Of a stretch of 64,000 nucleotides of DNA, positions 1 through 12,307 are shown one piece after another (positions within the stretch are counted from its first letter, which is position 1; each line of letters starts with the position of its first letter). Origin of the DNA: Picochlorum sp. SENEW3 (lineage: Eukaryota). The notes below the pieces were generated by a model. That model was given only the letters and a program-made list of their open reading frames with translations, had not been told where the DNA came from and did not search any database. The DNA lies in contig CP120458.1 of the NCBI GenBank assembly GCA_034226945.1, positions 124,001-188,000 of the forward strand. The letters are read 5' to 3'. The position numbers and the translations under genes are program-made.

Positions 1-704
1 AAAGTGATACAAGGCCTGTAGACACTGATATACAGCATCAAGAGACCCAGTCTGGTGAGGAAGAGGTCTCGCTTGAGAAGCAAGGCAAGAGGCTGGCCCT
101 CCTGAAGGCACAAAAATCTTGTTCTGTTGCAATCGAGGAGCTTGATAAGCCAATTGGTATGTCGTTTTACATGATGGGATATCGGTAGTATATTCAGTAT
201 GTATATTTCATCTGGCAATGCAATGCAGGCACCTACATGACACTTCCTGCCAGTCAATACAGTGTCCTAGATGCAAGGAAAATTGAGAGAATAGATGAGG
301 ATACATTCAGGTGCTATGTTGGGGGCTTTAAATTCATGAGTTTCATTGTAGAGCCCGTGCTGACGCTCTCTGTGGTGGTGGGAGATCGAGGGCCAACAGT
401 CAGGCTGCTTGAGACAGAGCTGCAGGGATCCAAGGCAGCCCTGGAAGCAAATAAAAAGTTTACAGCCACCATGCAAAATATAGTTCAATGGCAAGAAGAT
501 GAAGAGGGCTCAAAATGTATCAGTAGTGACACAGCTTTAGAGGTCACCCTAGAGGTCCCTGGCTGGTTTGTGTTTCCAGTGTCAGTTGTGGAACAGTCTG
601 GCAGTGCTGTGATGCGTAAAGTCCTCGAAACCGCCGTTCCCAGGTTTTTGAAGCAACTAGAGTCCGACTATGCTCTGTGGTCACAGGGAGAGGAGCGATT
701 ATAA
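1..704 (+). CDS. DUF1997 / SRPBCC-like family protein (5' end outside window, intron ~157-228)
   Basis: ORF 237-704 reads YMTLPASQYSVLD..KIERIDEDTFRCYV...FL.QL..DY..W, typical of the plant/algal DUF1997 family. An upstream open exon ends at a GTATGT donor. Confidence 0.7.
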
Positions 705-846
705 TTCTGTTCTATGCTTGTAATCATCTGAAGAATTCTTTCGAAAGAAATCTGTTCATTTTTTGAATCGCGAATTCCCAAAACCCAAGGCATTGTACTA
801 TGCGCTTTGTATTTCAAATACTACTACATTCAATAATAGTGGATTA

Positions 847-1691
847 ATGAGAGACGAGAGAATGAACGAGGACGCCATTCGCTGCATAGGACGAACGGCA
901 CGTGGACCAGTCTCGGCGGACGCCACGCAGTTGGAGTCTGGAACTCCCTTGGAAAATCCTGCTGATGGATGCCGGGTGTGTCGAATCTGTTGGGTTTCTC
1001 TGGAAAAAGATGATCCAGATGTGGTGAGCCCTTGTCGATGCAAAGGAAGCATGGTGCGCACTGTTGTTTCAAGAGCCCAGACTTCTACTGTCTGGATGTC
1101 TCATGCTATTGCCATTCACATTTGGATTGCGTGATGGTGCAGGAGTATATTCATATAGACTGTTTGAAAGCATGGCAAGATCAACTGTGTCGTATGAAGG
1201 GGAAGAATCCCTTGTACTGTGATGTATGCCACCAAGCATACACTGTGAATGCAAGGCTACTGCACCATCGTGTTCGCCGGATAGTCATGTCGATGACGCA
1301 CAGCCGAATTGCGCCGCTTATAGCAATCATATTTCGAGCAGCACAGCATTATGTTGTCTCCCTCTCATTGATGAACGGGCTGGAGACTGCTCTGACGAGC
1401 ATGGCATCCAGTGCATCCTCTTGGAGGAGGGGTATCTCTGGGGAACACGGCACAAACGTGCTCAAGGCCATTACTGGTATATCTGTGATCAATATAGTCG
1501 TGTCAAGGACACTGAATGGGGTATTGGATCTCGTCTGTGCTCCATTCAAGGCTATTAAACGGTTCTATGAGGGATTTGTGGCCTCCTGGCCAAGGAGGCT
1601 TGTGATCGTCGGGGTGGGGCGGGAGATCTCGTCGTCCAGATCTCATCGGATCGCAGGTCAATCGAATTCGCCATCTTCAATTGAAAACTGA
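847..1691 (+). CDS. RING-CH (RINGv/MARCH-type) zinc-finger protein, 2 exons (intron ~1054-1143)
   Basis: CRICW...VSPCRCKGSM in ORF 763-1134 splices to YIHIDCLKAWQ...CDVC in ORF 1032-1691, completing a C4HC3 RING-CH. Confidence 0.8.
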
Positions 1692-1806
1692 CGCATTATT
1701 GGATATACTATTTCAAAATTGTTCTCTTGAAGGATATCGTATCCCTTGGATACGCGCAAGCTGCCTGGAATAGACCTGTGCTACAAAGTCTTGAATCATT
1801 TTTTGA

Positions 1807-2268
1807 ATGGTCTTTGAGCAGGCAAGAACGACACAGGGCCAGCGTCGCATGGCCCTGCCTATTCATAGTGCTACTAGATATGCCAGAAGAACATTCTTGG
1901 TGTCTGGGAGATTTGGTCGGTGTGTGCAGGCTGGCTCTGAGCAGAAGAGAAATCTCCCAGTCAGTGGCGAGCAGATGTCAGGAATGTCACGTGTCTGTAA
2001 ACGATGCAAGCAGAGATATATACCAGATGAGAATAGTCCAAATGCATGTTCTTACCATCCTTTGAATTGGTCTGGGGGAGAAAAGGCAAAGGCGGTAGGA
2101 TTCCTCAGGAAAAGCAGTGCGCCAGAGGACAGTTTGAGCCAGACACTAGGGACAGGCATGCTGTCCTTTTGGGATTGCTGTGGTGCAGATGACTACAATG
2201 CCCCGGGGTGCACTCGTGGATACCATATTCCATTTGGTGAAGAAACAAGCGATGATCTATACCATTGA
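1807..2268 (+). CDS. Small Cys/His zinc-binding protein (CxxC..C.YHP..WDCC..PGC..H), probable organellar transit peptide
   Basis: CKRCKQRY..NACSYHP..FWDCCG..PGCTRGYH metal-binding pattern and an R/S/A-rich N-terminus. Confidence 0.55.
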   Translation: MVFEQARTTQGQRRMALPIHSATRYARRTFLVSGRFGRCVQAGSEQKRNLPVSGEQMSGMSRVCKRCKQRYIPDENSPNACSYHPLNWSGGEKAKAVGFLRKSSAPEDSLSQTLGTGMLSFWDCCGADDYNAPGCTRGYHIPFGEETSDDLYH

Positions 2269-2591
2269 TCGAGAAGACAGGCCCATGTCTTGCACTGTGG
2301 GAGCAGCATCCTTCACTATCAACGGCCCTGGGCGATGGGAATCAACGGGCGAGCATCCATCGGTCCCATGCTCCCAATCATTCCTAACGGTCGACGGTAT
2401 GACGCAGCCACCCTGGTGGGTATACCCATCATCACCAGGCAGTCCGATCGAGAGATGCGGCAGACCGTTAGAAAAAGAGCAAATGCTGAGTCGACCCCAA
2501 TCTGAAGATAAGGCGTCCAGAACCTCCTGGCCACGCACTCTTAATATCCCAATTTTGACCAATCGAATACGTACATTTTCATTAAATCACA

Positions 2592-3306
<715 letters not shown>

Positions 3307-3476
3307 GCAGCTGAGGCTTTGGTGACAAGAATCTTTCACATGTGTGCAGTTGTAATTGTTGGGCAGATCATCTCACATTGCTGTGCATTTGATAATATCC
3401 ATCTTTCATTACAATTGTAAACATATCATAGTCCATTTTATATTCTCTTCTCCGTTTCTTTTTTCAGAAATAGCTT

Positions 3477-4124
3477 TCAATCATCAAGCTCATCATCAAT
3501 GACAACATCCTCCCCATCCTCAATATCCTCTGCTCCCATACTAGATTCCCGGATCTGTTGCTCGACGTTATAGACTACATCTAGTATACTTTTGAATTGC
3601 GCCTTGCGCTGCTCATTTGCAGACGACAGGTGAGCCTGCTGTTGGAGCAACTCTTCTATTTCACTCTTGACAGCATCAATCTCCTTCAAAGTCACAGAGC
3701 ATGCCGGCAGCGTAACAATCTGCTCTTTTATCCTCTCACAATCCTGAGCCTGTGCCATCTCCAGGCGAGCCTGCTCAAGTTCAGACTTACATGCACGGAT
3801 GTCCTCCACAGCCTTGTGTATAGAGCCCAACAAATCTTTGTGTGTCTCCTGATACACAGTCTGTTCCCTCAAATATGCACCCATCATCGCTTCTAACTTG
3901 TGTATATATGCCTGTATGCTATATATATCCGCCAGAACAGCATCAGCCATGCTCTCGGCGTCATCCTGCGAGTCCAACACCGAATTGCAAAATGCCTGGT
4001 ATGACAAGACAAGCTTTCGAAAAGGAGGCCCACCCCCGCTCGACGTCGCTACTGCTGTCTGTGTCAAAAATCGTTTTCTAATGATATTCTCCTCTTCTAG
4101 CAACGCTTCAGACTTTCCCATTGT
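3477..4124 (-). CDS. THOC7: THO complex subunit 7-like coiled-coil protein
   Basis: N-terminal EEENIIRKRFLT..GGPPFRKL followed by a long coiled coil, matching the THOC7/Mft1 architecture. Confidence 0.7.
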   Translation of the reverse strand, partial: TMGKSEALLEEENIIRKRFLTQTAVATSSGGGPPFRKLVLSYQAFCNSVLDSQDDAESMADAVLADIYSIQAYIHKLEAMMGAYLREQTVYQETHKDLLGSIHKAVEDIRACKSELEQARLEMAQAQDCERIKEQIVTLPACSVTLKEIDAVKSEIEELLQQQAHLSSANEQRKAQFKSILDVVYNVEQQIRESSMGAEDIEDGEDVVIDDELDD

Positions 4125-4234
4125 GTGTGTGTGCAATTAGCCTTTGTTCTCAATTGGTTCTCGCTTTCTTTCCTGTTTCGCGGCAGATTTTCATCAAATG
4201 AGGCATTAAATAAATAATATATGTCGCAGTTTTG

Positions 4235-4700
4235 CTATTGGATACAACAGGGTGGATCTTCTTCACCTGCATACGGCCGTATGCTCCGCGGAGCAGACAG
4301 CATGGCATCAATTTCTCTCTCTGCAAGGAAAACAGGACCTAGGTCCACTTGATTGATCGGGACAGAGCACGCGGGCATGGCTGCATATATATAGCAACGG
4401 AGCTTCGTGTTTACCATCATCATCGTGAAAGCTGGGAGAGCGTGCACATATCAAGATGCCGATTGGAGTTACACAAGGGAGTCCCTTGTGTAACTTCAAC
4501 TTGAAGGGACTGATGATGCTTCCCATCAAGCAGTCTGCACTGATGCATTGATCATTGCAATCATGTGGTCAGATTGAAAGAGGCATCCCACTGATCACAT
4601 AGTTAAATACGTAGCAAAAGTATCCATGAGCATGACATTGCAATGCATCGATCACCGTCTGCTGTTCCTCAAGGCTCTTGTGCTCTTGACATGGCATGTG
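4235..4700 (-). CDS. Possible small multi-exon gene ending in a CaaX box (CCIQ*)
   Basis: Last exon ends PPCCIQ-stop, and GT..CAG intron-like segments occur at ~4381-4447 and ~4536-4610. I could not resolve a consistent full reading frame. Confidence 0.25.
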
Positions 4701-4779
4701 AAACAGAGTTCTTGTCAGCAAGACTCTGTTACTCCAATCGTGCCCAATGTCCCTTTACAAAATGAATTTTTGATCATTA

Positions 4780-5611
4780 ATGGGCAGAGTAAGCGGTGCG
4801 TATGTGCCCTTTTGGTGGCGGTGATGTATTCGAGTGTACAGGCCAACGACAGGAGACTCCTGTTCCTTGCACCTGCAGGTATTTACCCCGCAATCTAGAC
4901 GCATTGTCCTCCTATGAACTCAGGGTATCCTACTCATCTACTGTATGTTCTGTGTTACGTGACTGATGAAAGCATGATATGAGCACATTCATCCTGTCAA
5001 TTATATATAATATTGTTGTTGCAGAGCTCTGTGGTGATGCATTTTGGGTTTTCTTGCTCGAAATCGGTCGATGTGGCTCAACAACGTCGTAGAAGCAACA
5101 TCATAAGAAAGATGCTGAATGCAGAAAAGGTCATGTTCAGGACGGATGCAACTGGTCGAGTGATGATGCCAGAGCAGAGACATGACAACGAGGAAACGTG
5201 TGACCAAGTTGTCGTGACATTGAGCGCGACTCCTTGGGGACATTTCGCGAGCAATCATCCACGAGATAGATTCTACTATGACATAGGTATGTCTCATGCA
5301 TATCTGTATGCAGGATATCCATGGGTTTGGGAACCTTTTTGTTGGAGCATCCCAGCCTGACATGTCAACATCTGTCTGCAGTTCTAGAGAAGAATTATGT
5401 CGGTATACCAGAGTCCGGAGGCTCTATAGTCCTGATGACACTCTTCTTGTTGGTTGCAGTGCGTTGGTATTCTGCACCCTAAATTACTCTTGCCTGCCTT
5501 GTTGTTTGAAATCCATCCCTGTGTCATGTGCAGGTCGTAGGTGTCATTGTCCCCAAATGGATCACATATATGGACATTTCAGCACTTAAAAATGATAAAA
5601 GTTATAAATAA
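4780..5611 (+). CDS. Uncharacterised multi-exon membrane protein (signal peptide-like start, C-terminal TM)
   Basis: Exons give RKMLNAEKVMF...FYYDI|VLEKNYVGIP..hydrophobic TM..KSYK*, joined by GT-AG introns. The start is uncertain. Confidence 0.5.
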
Positions 5612-5645
5612 GGTCGATTTAAGAAGCATTGGTTGATTGTGATGG

Positions 5646-7427
5646 ATGAGTAGTTTTGAAAACCGGAAGAATCTCCCGCCTGAAGCCAGTTTGCAGACGG
5701 ATAAAGTATTTCTACACGTGGATGCTGACTGTTTTTATGCTCAGGTTGAAGAACTTCGGAATAAAGACCTAAAACATGTGCCTCTCGGTGTAACGCAAAA
5801 GTACCTTGTCGTGACCTGCAATTACCTTGCTAGGGAAAGGGGTGTTAGAAAACTCATGGGCATTGCTGACGCCAAGAGGATATGTCCTGAGATACGATTG
5901 GTCAATGGAGAGGACTTGAATCCGTACAGAGAGTATTCTGATGCGGTTGCTGAGGTGCTACAGACATATGGACCGATCAAAAAGTTGGGGTGTGATGAAA
6001 TGTTTGTGGATGTGACGGATGAAGCAAAGAAAAGGCTTGCTGCGATGCCTGCTGCTGGGACGTCATGGAAAGGACATGTTTTCATTCCCTCTCGTGGAGC
6101 TGTGGTTGAATCCGAGTCGTCTCTACGAATTATGGATTTGAGAGCCAAGCATGTTCCTGAGGGGCATGCACATGTGAGCACTGTAGCAGACATGGAAGCG
6201 CCATCGGCTCTCCTGCTGAAAGTAGGAAGTGAGATTGCGTGGGAAGCGCGGCGGGCGATTAAGATTGCTGTCGGGGTGAGAACTAGTGCGGGCATTGCTC
6301 ATTCGATGTTGGTTGCAAAGCTCATCAGTGGCCTCCACAAACCAGATGACCAGACCATTTTGCTTGCTGAGCATGCAAGGGAATTCGTCGGCCCTTTGCC
6401 GGTGAGAGCACTGGTAAATGTTGGGTCTGTACTACAGAAAAAGCTCAAGGAGTATGGGATAGTGTACGTGTCAGATTTGTGGGATCCTCAGTGGACAAGG
6501 CAGAAGTTGATCGATACGTTTGGTGAAAGACAAGGCAATCATTTGTATTTTGCCTCTCACGGTCAGGATCATGTCCAAAAGATTGAAACTCAACTGTCTC
6601 CCAAGAGTATATCCGTCGAAGATTCTTTCAAAGAGTGTCGTGGGTTTCGTGATGCAACAAGGGTGGTTGAAAGGTTGTGCCCTGACCTGATGTTGCGACT
6701 CAAGGTACACTTCCAAAAGCATGGCCAAGCCCCCAAAACATTGACAGTTACCTGGAGGCGTAAGGAATCCGGCTTACTATCGAGAACCAGTGCATCAACC
6801 GCGTTTCCCAGGTCCGGTATGAGTAACAGGGGAGTTTTGTTACAATCCTGCATGCATGTCCTACAACAGAACCTCAAGGAACCATTCCACCTCAGCCTGA
6901 TCAGTCTAACAGCGAAACGGTTTCATCAGGAAGATTCTTGCGGCAAGTCAATTGCTTCATACTTTGAAGCGAAGCCAGCGAAGGATGTTGGCACACTAGC
7001 AAGTAAACATAGCATGAGGAGAGCAAGGGAAAGATGTTCCAAGCAGAATTGTGGAACAATGGAGCCTGATAGAATAGACGGCGAATCTGAAGGCAATCAA
7101 GATGATAGATTTTGGGGAGATTTGAAGGCTTGTGATGTATACGCAGAAGGAAATTCCTCGTCAATCAGTAAGAGGCCTATGCCAGTCTCATACAGGAGTG
7201 AAGATGCTGCTGCAATTGTGAAAGCTTTTCAAACGGATGGCGGCATTGTATTGCATTCAACCGAAGGGGATCCCGAGTCTATAGAACTGGCCATGAAGTT
7301 GCAAAGAGAAGAGTACGAAATGAGCACACGCAATGAAGCCCCACAGAAATGCCAGAGACGAGGTGGCAGAAAGTCAGCATCAAAAAGCAAGCACCGTCAA
7401 AAGTCTATACTGGAGTTTTCCCATTAA
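5646..7427 (+). CDS. POLI: Y-family translesion DNA polymerase, iota-like
   Basis: HVDADCFYAQVEE, QKYLVVTCNYLAR, VNGEDL.PYR, LGCDEMFVD and AKLISGLHKPDDQT motifs are iota-type. Confidence 0.8.
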   Translation: MSSFENRKNLPPEASLQTDKVFLHVDADCFYAQVEELRNKDLKHVPLGVTQKYLVVTCNYLARERGVRKLMGIADAKRICPEIRLVNGEDLNPYREYSDAVAEVLQTYGPIKKLGCDEMFVDVTDEAKKRLAAMPAAGTSWKGHVFIPSRGAVVESESSLRIMDLRAKHVPEGHAHVSTVADMEAPSALLLKVGSEIAWEARRAIKIAVGVRTSAGIAHSMLVAKLISGLHKPDDQTILLAEHAREFVGPLPVRALVNVGSVLQKKLKEYGIVYVSDLWDPQWTRQKLIDTFGERQGNHLYFASHGQDHVQKIETQLSPKSISVEDSFKECRGFRDATRVVERLCPDLMLRLKVHFQKHGQAPKTLTVTWRRKESGLLSRTSASTAFPRSGMSNRGVLLQSCMHVLQQNLKEPFHLSLISLTAKRFHQEDSCGKSIASYFEAKPAKDVGTLASKHSMRRARERCSKQNCGTMEPDRIDGESEGNQDDRFWGDLKACDVYAEGNSSSISKRPMPVSYRSEDAAAIVKAFQTDGGIVLHSTEGDPESIELAMKLQREEYEMSTRNEAPQKCQRRGGRKSASKSKHRQKSILEFSH

Positions 7428-7573
7428 TTATTTAATTTCCCATGTATTATATGAGAATAATTACCTGATTCATCGAAGAGAGCTGTATCGGTGGGACAGT
7501 ATCCGATTGAAACCAATTGCAATTTGGGTTTGTGCCTGCACTGGGGCAGGCGTGAAGGCCGGTTTTAAATCAA

Positions 7574-10144
7574 ATGAATGAATCCACTGCTTCCAAATAC
7601 CAATTTGATGCGTTTCCATATGAGCCTTACGACATCCAGGTCGGGTTTATGCGGAAATTGTATGATACAGTCGACAGTGGTGGCATTGGCCTATTTGAAA
7701 GTCCCACAGGTGGGTTGATTAGCATCAAACTTGGACAGATGAATTTCTCTACTGCTATATTTAATATATATGTGTCTTATTCAGGGACGGGGAAAACCAT
7801 GAGTCTAATTTGTGGGAGCCTTCACTGGTTGGAGGACCACAGGAAGAAAAAGAATCAGGAGGCTGCAATCACTCAAGAGAGCGATGATGAACCTGAATGG
7901 ATGAAGGATTTCGCCAAGAATCTGGATAATGAAAAGAAGAAGCTAAAGGAGAAAGCTCGCCGCGAGCGGCTGGACAGGGGAAGGGAAACGCTGATGGCTC
8001 TCAAGAGAAATATGTCTCAACAGAATCATGACGGGAACAATGACGTCAACTTGGAGAGCGACGACGAGTTCTTGATCGGAAACAAGGAAAATAATAATGA
8101 GGATACAAATTTTGGCAGCAAGAGGCTGCGAAAGTATATTGATGGGCATAGTTCAACTGATGAGGAGACTGAGAATGATTTGCTTGGCATGGAAAGTGAG
8201 GAAGAGGTTGTGAAGAGGACCCAAATTATATTTGTTAGTCGGACACATTCACAGTTGGTGCAGTTTGTTGGGGAATTGAAGAAGACTCGATTTTATCCCG
8301 ATATTTCAGTTGTTTCTCTGGGGTCTAGGAAGCAGCTGTGCATAAATCCTGATGTCAAGAAATTTGCCTCTCCTGCCATCATTAATGAGAGGTGTATGGA
8401 TCTGCAGAATTCAAGCGTACGAGTAGAGAAAGACAATGGGAAATCGGCGAAAAAAAAGACATGCAAGTGTGCGTACTTGAAAAGAGGTTCACAGGCAGAT
8501 GACACCATGAAGGATATGATCTTGTCAGAACCAATGGACATTGAAGATCTAGCTGATTTGGGGCAAAAGCGACTCATTTGCCCCTACTATGCTTCTAGGG
8601 ACGCAGCAGCAGAGGCTGATATCATACTGGCTCCTTATTCGTCCCTATTGGTGGCAGAGACACGGGAGGCACTGGGATTGAACATTCGGGACAATGTCAT
8701 CATTGTTGATGAAGCTCACAACCTGGTAGATGCCATTAACAACAGCCACTCCACTAGTTTGACTAGAGAGGACTTGGAGGTTGCTATTTGCCAAATAGAA
8801 TTCTATTTCAACAGGTTCAAGACGAGACTAGCATCTCGCAATGCTAAGACTGTCCAAATTCTTTTGCTTGCAGCACAAGCAATTCTCCAGTGGTTGAATG
8901 CAGTTAAGGGAAACGGCACTAGCCAGGCAGAGGCCTCGGGCAAAAGTGCCATGGATGTCAACAAATTTCTTCTCAATGTCGACCTAGACAATATAAATAT
9001 GTTTCAGCTGAGGAGGGATATACAAGAGAACAACCTGCTCTTCAAAATGGGTGGCTACTGGAAAAGTACTCATGCATCAGCAGAAGGGCATCATGGAACA
9101 GGCAGTCTACAAGCTCTAGTCGAGTTCTTGAAGAAGCTCACATACAATAATGATGATGGAAGGATCATACTTGATACAAATTTATCGGAAATCAAGTACG
9201 TGATGCTAAATGCGTCAACGAGTTTTAGATCAATAGTGGGCGATGCTCGATCAGTAATCCTAGCATCTGGAACATTGTCCCCTGTAGAGACAGTTCTGCC
9301 CTTATTTCCTGGAAACGCCGAGAAACGAATACAACAATTTAAATGCGGCCACGTCGTGGATGCCAAGCGGCTCCTGGCGTTGGCCATACCTTCTGGTCCA
9401 GGTGGTATCACATTTGATTTCCGACATTCCACAAGAAGCCATCCTGGATTGATTGCTGATTTAGGAAGAACTGTCATAAACATCAGCAACGTGACACCAG
9501 GTGGTCTGGTGGTGTTTTTTCCTTCGTTTGCATACTGCGACCAGGTTGTTCAATCTTGGTCCCTGACAGGCATCCTGGACCAAATGAAACGGCAAAAGGA
9601 TGTTTACATTGAGCCAAGGTCAACCACTGATGTTGATTCAGTTCTGTCGCAGTACGCAGAGAGCATTAAAAATGCTACAAAAAAGCACGGGGGAGCAATT
9701 ATTTTAGCAGTGGTCGGAGCCAAGCTTGCCGAAGGGATAAATTTTGGAGATGATCTGGGGCGATGCGTGATGATGGTGGGCTTGCCATACCCAAACCCAT
9801 CCGATCCGGAGCTCATGGAAAGAATGGAGTTCATGGATAGGCAGGCTAGTAATCAAGGATCTAGAGAATCCAAACCGAGCAAAGAATATTATACCAATCT
9901 CTGTATGAAGGCGGTGAATCAATGCATCGGGAGAGTTATCAGGCACATTGACGACTACGCATGTATTCTTCTCCTGGACCAACGCTACTCAGGTATGAGT
10001 AGTCAAGGGACAAACATTGTCACAAAGCTGCCTGGATGGATGATCAAGTCACTAGATTTAAGTCCTACTAGATTCGGTGAAGCTATGAGGAAAGTTGCTC
10101 AATTTTTCAAGTCAATGCAGGAGGGAGAAACCATGCATGTCTAG
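7574..10144 (+). CDS. DDX11: Fe-S DEAH DNA helicase DDX11/ChlR1 (in-frame intron ~7710-7784)
   Basis: FPYEPYDIQ, FESPTG|TGKT split by an intron, SRTHSQL, CPYYASR, DEAHN, SGTLSP, EGINFGDDLGR and NQCIGRVIRH. Confidence 0.92.
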   Translation: MNESTASKYQFDAFPYEPYDIQVGFMRKLYDTVDSGGIGLFESPTGGLISIKLGQMNFSTAIFNIYVSYSGTGKTMSLICGSLHWLEDHRKKKNQEAAITQESDDEPEWMKDFAKNLDNEKKKLKEKARRERLDRGRETLMALKRNMSQQNHDGNNDVNLESDDEFLIGNKENNNEDTNFGSKRLRKYIDGHSSTDEETENDLLGMESEEEVVKRTQIIFVSRTHSQLVQFVGELKKTRFYPDISVVSLGSRKQLCINPDVKKFASPAIINERCMDLQNSSVRVEKDNGKSAKKKTCKCAYLKRGSQADDTMKDMILSEPMDIEDLADLGQKRLICPYYASRDAAAEADIILAPYSSLLVAETREALGLNIRDNVIIVDEAHNLVDAINNSHSTSLTREDLEVAICQIEFYFNRFKTRLASRNAKTVQILLLAAQAILQWLNAVKGNGTSQAEASGKSAMDVNKFLLNVDLDNINMFQLRRDIQENNLLFKMGGYWKSTHASAEGHHGTGSLQALVEFLKKLTYNNDDGRIILDTNLSEIKYVMLNASTSFRSIVGDARSVILASGTLSPVETVLPLFPGNAEKRIQQFKCGHVVDAKRLLALAIPSGPGGITFDFRHSTRSHPGLIADLGRTVINISNVTPGGLVVFFPSFAYCDQVVQSWSLTGILDQMKRQKDVYIEPRSTTDVDSVLSQYAESIKNATKKHGGAIILAVVGAKLAEGINFGDDLGRCVMMVGLPYPNPSDPELMERMEFMDRQASNQGSRESKPSKEYYTNLCMKAVNQCIGRVIRHIDDYACILLLDQRYSGMSSQGTNIVTKLPGWMIKSLDLSPTRFGEAMRKVAQFFKSMQEGETMHV

Positions 10145-10289
10145 GATTCTCCAATGGCCACATGATTGCCATTCATGAGATTCATCCGCACATGCCCTCA
10201 AAAGCATCTTGAACACAATTTCATTCACATACTTTAATCACATAATTCATTGCAACAAAGATTGAGCACTTGCTTCGTGCTATCACTGC

Positions 10290-10770
10290 ATGTCCATGAA
10301 GGTTCTCGCCTGTGTCCTTGGCTTGTGCCTTCTCCTGTTCCACGAGCAAGGCCTTGTTGCTTCCGCCGAGGACGTTCAGAGCACCAAGTCAGATTTATGC
10401 GACGCTGATACAGGGGATTGGGATCCATACGATATCAATTGCGACTTTGATTGCAATGGAACAGGGTGGGAGGTGCGAAGCATGTTGCACACGTTCTCTG
10501 TTCTGTACCAGTAGTGACTGTGTGAATCATGTGCTGTAGCTTGACTGTGAATGTGACGATAAGAGTGATGCATGTACCGATATTGAATGCAAAATAGACA
10601 GGGATGGTGCTCCAGACGATGAAGATATCTATCTCTCCTGCAGTGCAAACCTCGGTGAGGCTCCCCAATGTGATTTTGCCCCACTTGACCAGGCTGAATC
10701 TTCGATCGACGCTTGCGTCATCGATACCGTCAAAACTGTTTTGAGCGAGTGGTTTATCGGCTTCGAGTAA
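10290..10770 (+). CDS. Small secreted Cys/Asp-rich protein, 2 exons (intron ~10473-10539)
   Basis: Signal peptide MKVLACVLGLCLLLF. Splicing GTGCG..TAG gives ...DCNGTGWE|LDCECDDKSDACTDIECK...EWFIGFE*. Confidence 0.6.
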
Positions 10771-10959
10771 GCACCTGTCATTGATGCTCTCACATGGTGA
10801 TTGCCGTGGTCGAGCGAAACCATGCCAGATCACTCTGGCACTGGAGTGTTCCAAAAGATCTAGATCTTCACAGATCTCCATAGACGCAATGTCCCGACCG
10901 CCCATGTCCTAAGCCTGCCCCTTCAGTGGTCGATCAGTTTTATCATTTCTCCATAAACG

Positions 10960-12021
10960 ATGGCTGTAACAAAAGTTTCAATCTTTTGCATGCTCTTGGG
11001 GTTTGTCCGAGCTCAAACCCTTGATCCATTCACATCTATCGAAGTTTGCTCAGCTGGAGCTATCGGAGTTCAGCCATCTTCGGATGGAACCTACTCTTAT
11101 GAGTTGCAAGGAAATTCAGATCTTTTTGATTCATATCAAGCAGGTACGCTTCATTTTTCGCACCGGTAGCTTTGGGTTTTCATGGCTGCTGGAGCCTCAC
11201 AAATTAAAGGGGTCACTATCATGGCACAGTGACGAGCATCGTTGTATTCGTTGAACATATTGAATTGCGCAGTTGTGTCTGATGGAACTTTATATATCTC
11301 CAACCCGAAGAGTGGGAGTGGAACAGGTGTAGTCGTCGTGTTGGTAAGCGCACCTTCCGATGCTATCGATAAAATCACCTTGGAAGGCCAAGGACAGTTC
11401 AGCATGGTTGAGGGATTCACTGCAGACACGTTTGATATCGAATTCAGTGAACAAGGGGCCGCAGATATCTCTATTGATATTGATGGCGCACTGACTATCA
11501 ACCAAGGGGGACAAGGAAAGTTGGCAGTCGTAGGGAAGTCTGGTTCCCTCTCTCTGAATGTCACTGGCCAAGGCGAGACAGCTGTTTTCGGGGTGCAGGG
11601 TGATGCAGAGGTGAATTTAAATGGTCAGGGCGATGCCTTTGTCGGTGGATCTGCTTCCTCAACTATCACAGGAGAAACATCCATGTTTAGTCCCGTGGGG
11701 TACACTGGAGCATCATGTGAGGTCAAGTCAACAAATGCATTTTCTGGTCCAGCTTGCAGGGAAGAAAACAGAAGGCCAGAAACAGTGTTCCTTCCCGAGC
11801 CATCAGATGGCGAGGTGCGCTTCTCAGCATCCACTTGTGGTCCAACCGTGACTCCTCAGTCTTCCCCAGAGCCAACACCATCACCAGAGCCAACACCATC
11901 GCCAGAGCCAACACCATCGCCAGAGCCAACACCATCACCAGAGCCAACACCATCTCCCTCATCTCATGGCAAAATGATGAAGTCCATCGTGGTCTTCTGT
12001 CTTGTTTGCATGCTCCTTTGA
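10960..12021 (+). CDS. Secreted/cell-surface protein with GIN (DUF2807-like) beta-helix repeats, Pro-rich stalk and C-terminal hydrophobic tail; 2 exons
   Basis: Signal peptide exon 10960-11143, repeated [LI]x[LI]xGQGx motifs, PEPTPS repeats, and a terminal SIVVFCLVCMLL resembling a GPI signal. Confidence 0.65.
11866..11957 (+). repeat. 18-bp tandem repeat CCAGAGCCAACACCATCN, ~5 copies, encoding PEPTPS
   Basis: Directly visible tandem units inside the coding region. Confidence 0.95.
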
Positions 12022-12307
12022 CCGGGGCAACTCTTCCCAATAACTTTCTGATGGTTTCTGGTATCCCTAAAGATATCATGTGTCATACTTGATTGACATA
12101 TCGACCATGAAATAAACGATTAAGCTTTCATGTAAGCTCGATGTTGCTGTTTGTGACAATGGAACATATTGGCAATTAATTGGCTTGCAAGCCTGAATGC
12201 TGGTCTGGTCTTGTTCAAAGAGCCAGTGCAGTGTGCCTCATTAAATATCATATTCTTTACCTTGAAATCAATTATTTGTGGACAATAGTCACTCAACGAT
12301 CGGAATC

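Noticed and set aside
4500..4700. Selenoprotein with an in-frame TGA (prompted by SBP2 in the window)
   Set aside because: The frame containing the TGA hits a second stop within about ten codons, and no SECIS could be identified by eye.
7710..7784. Apparent insertion splitting the DDX11 Walker A motif
   Set aside because: It is an in-frame, stop-free GT-AG intron; removing it restores SPTGTGKT.
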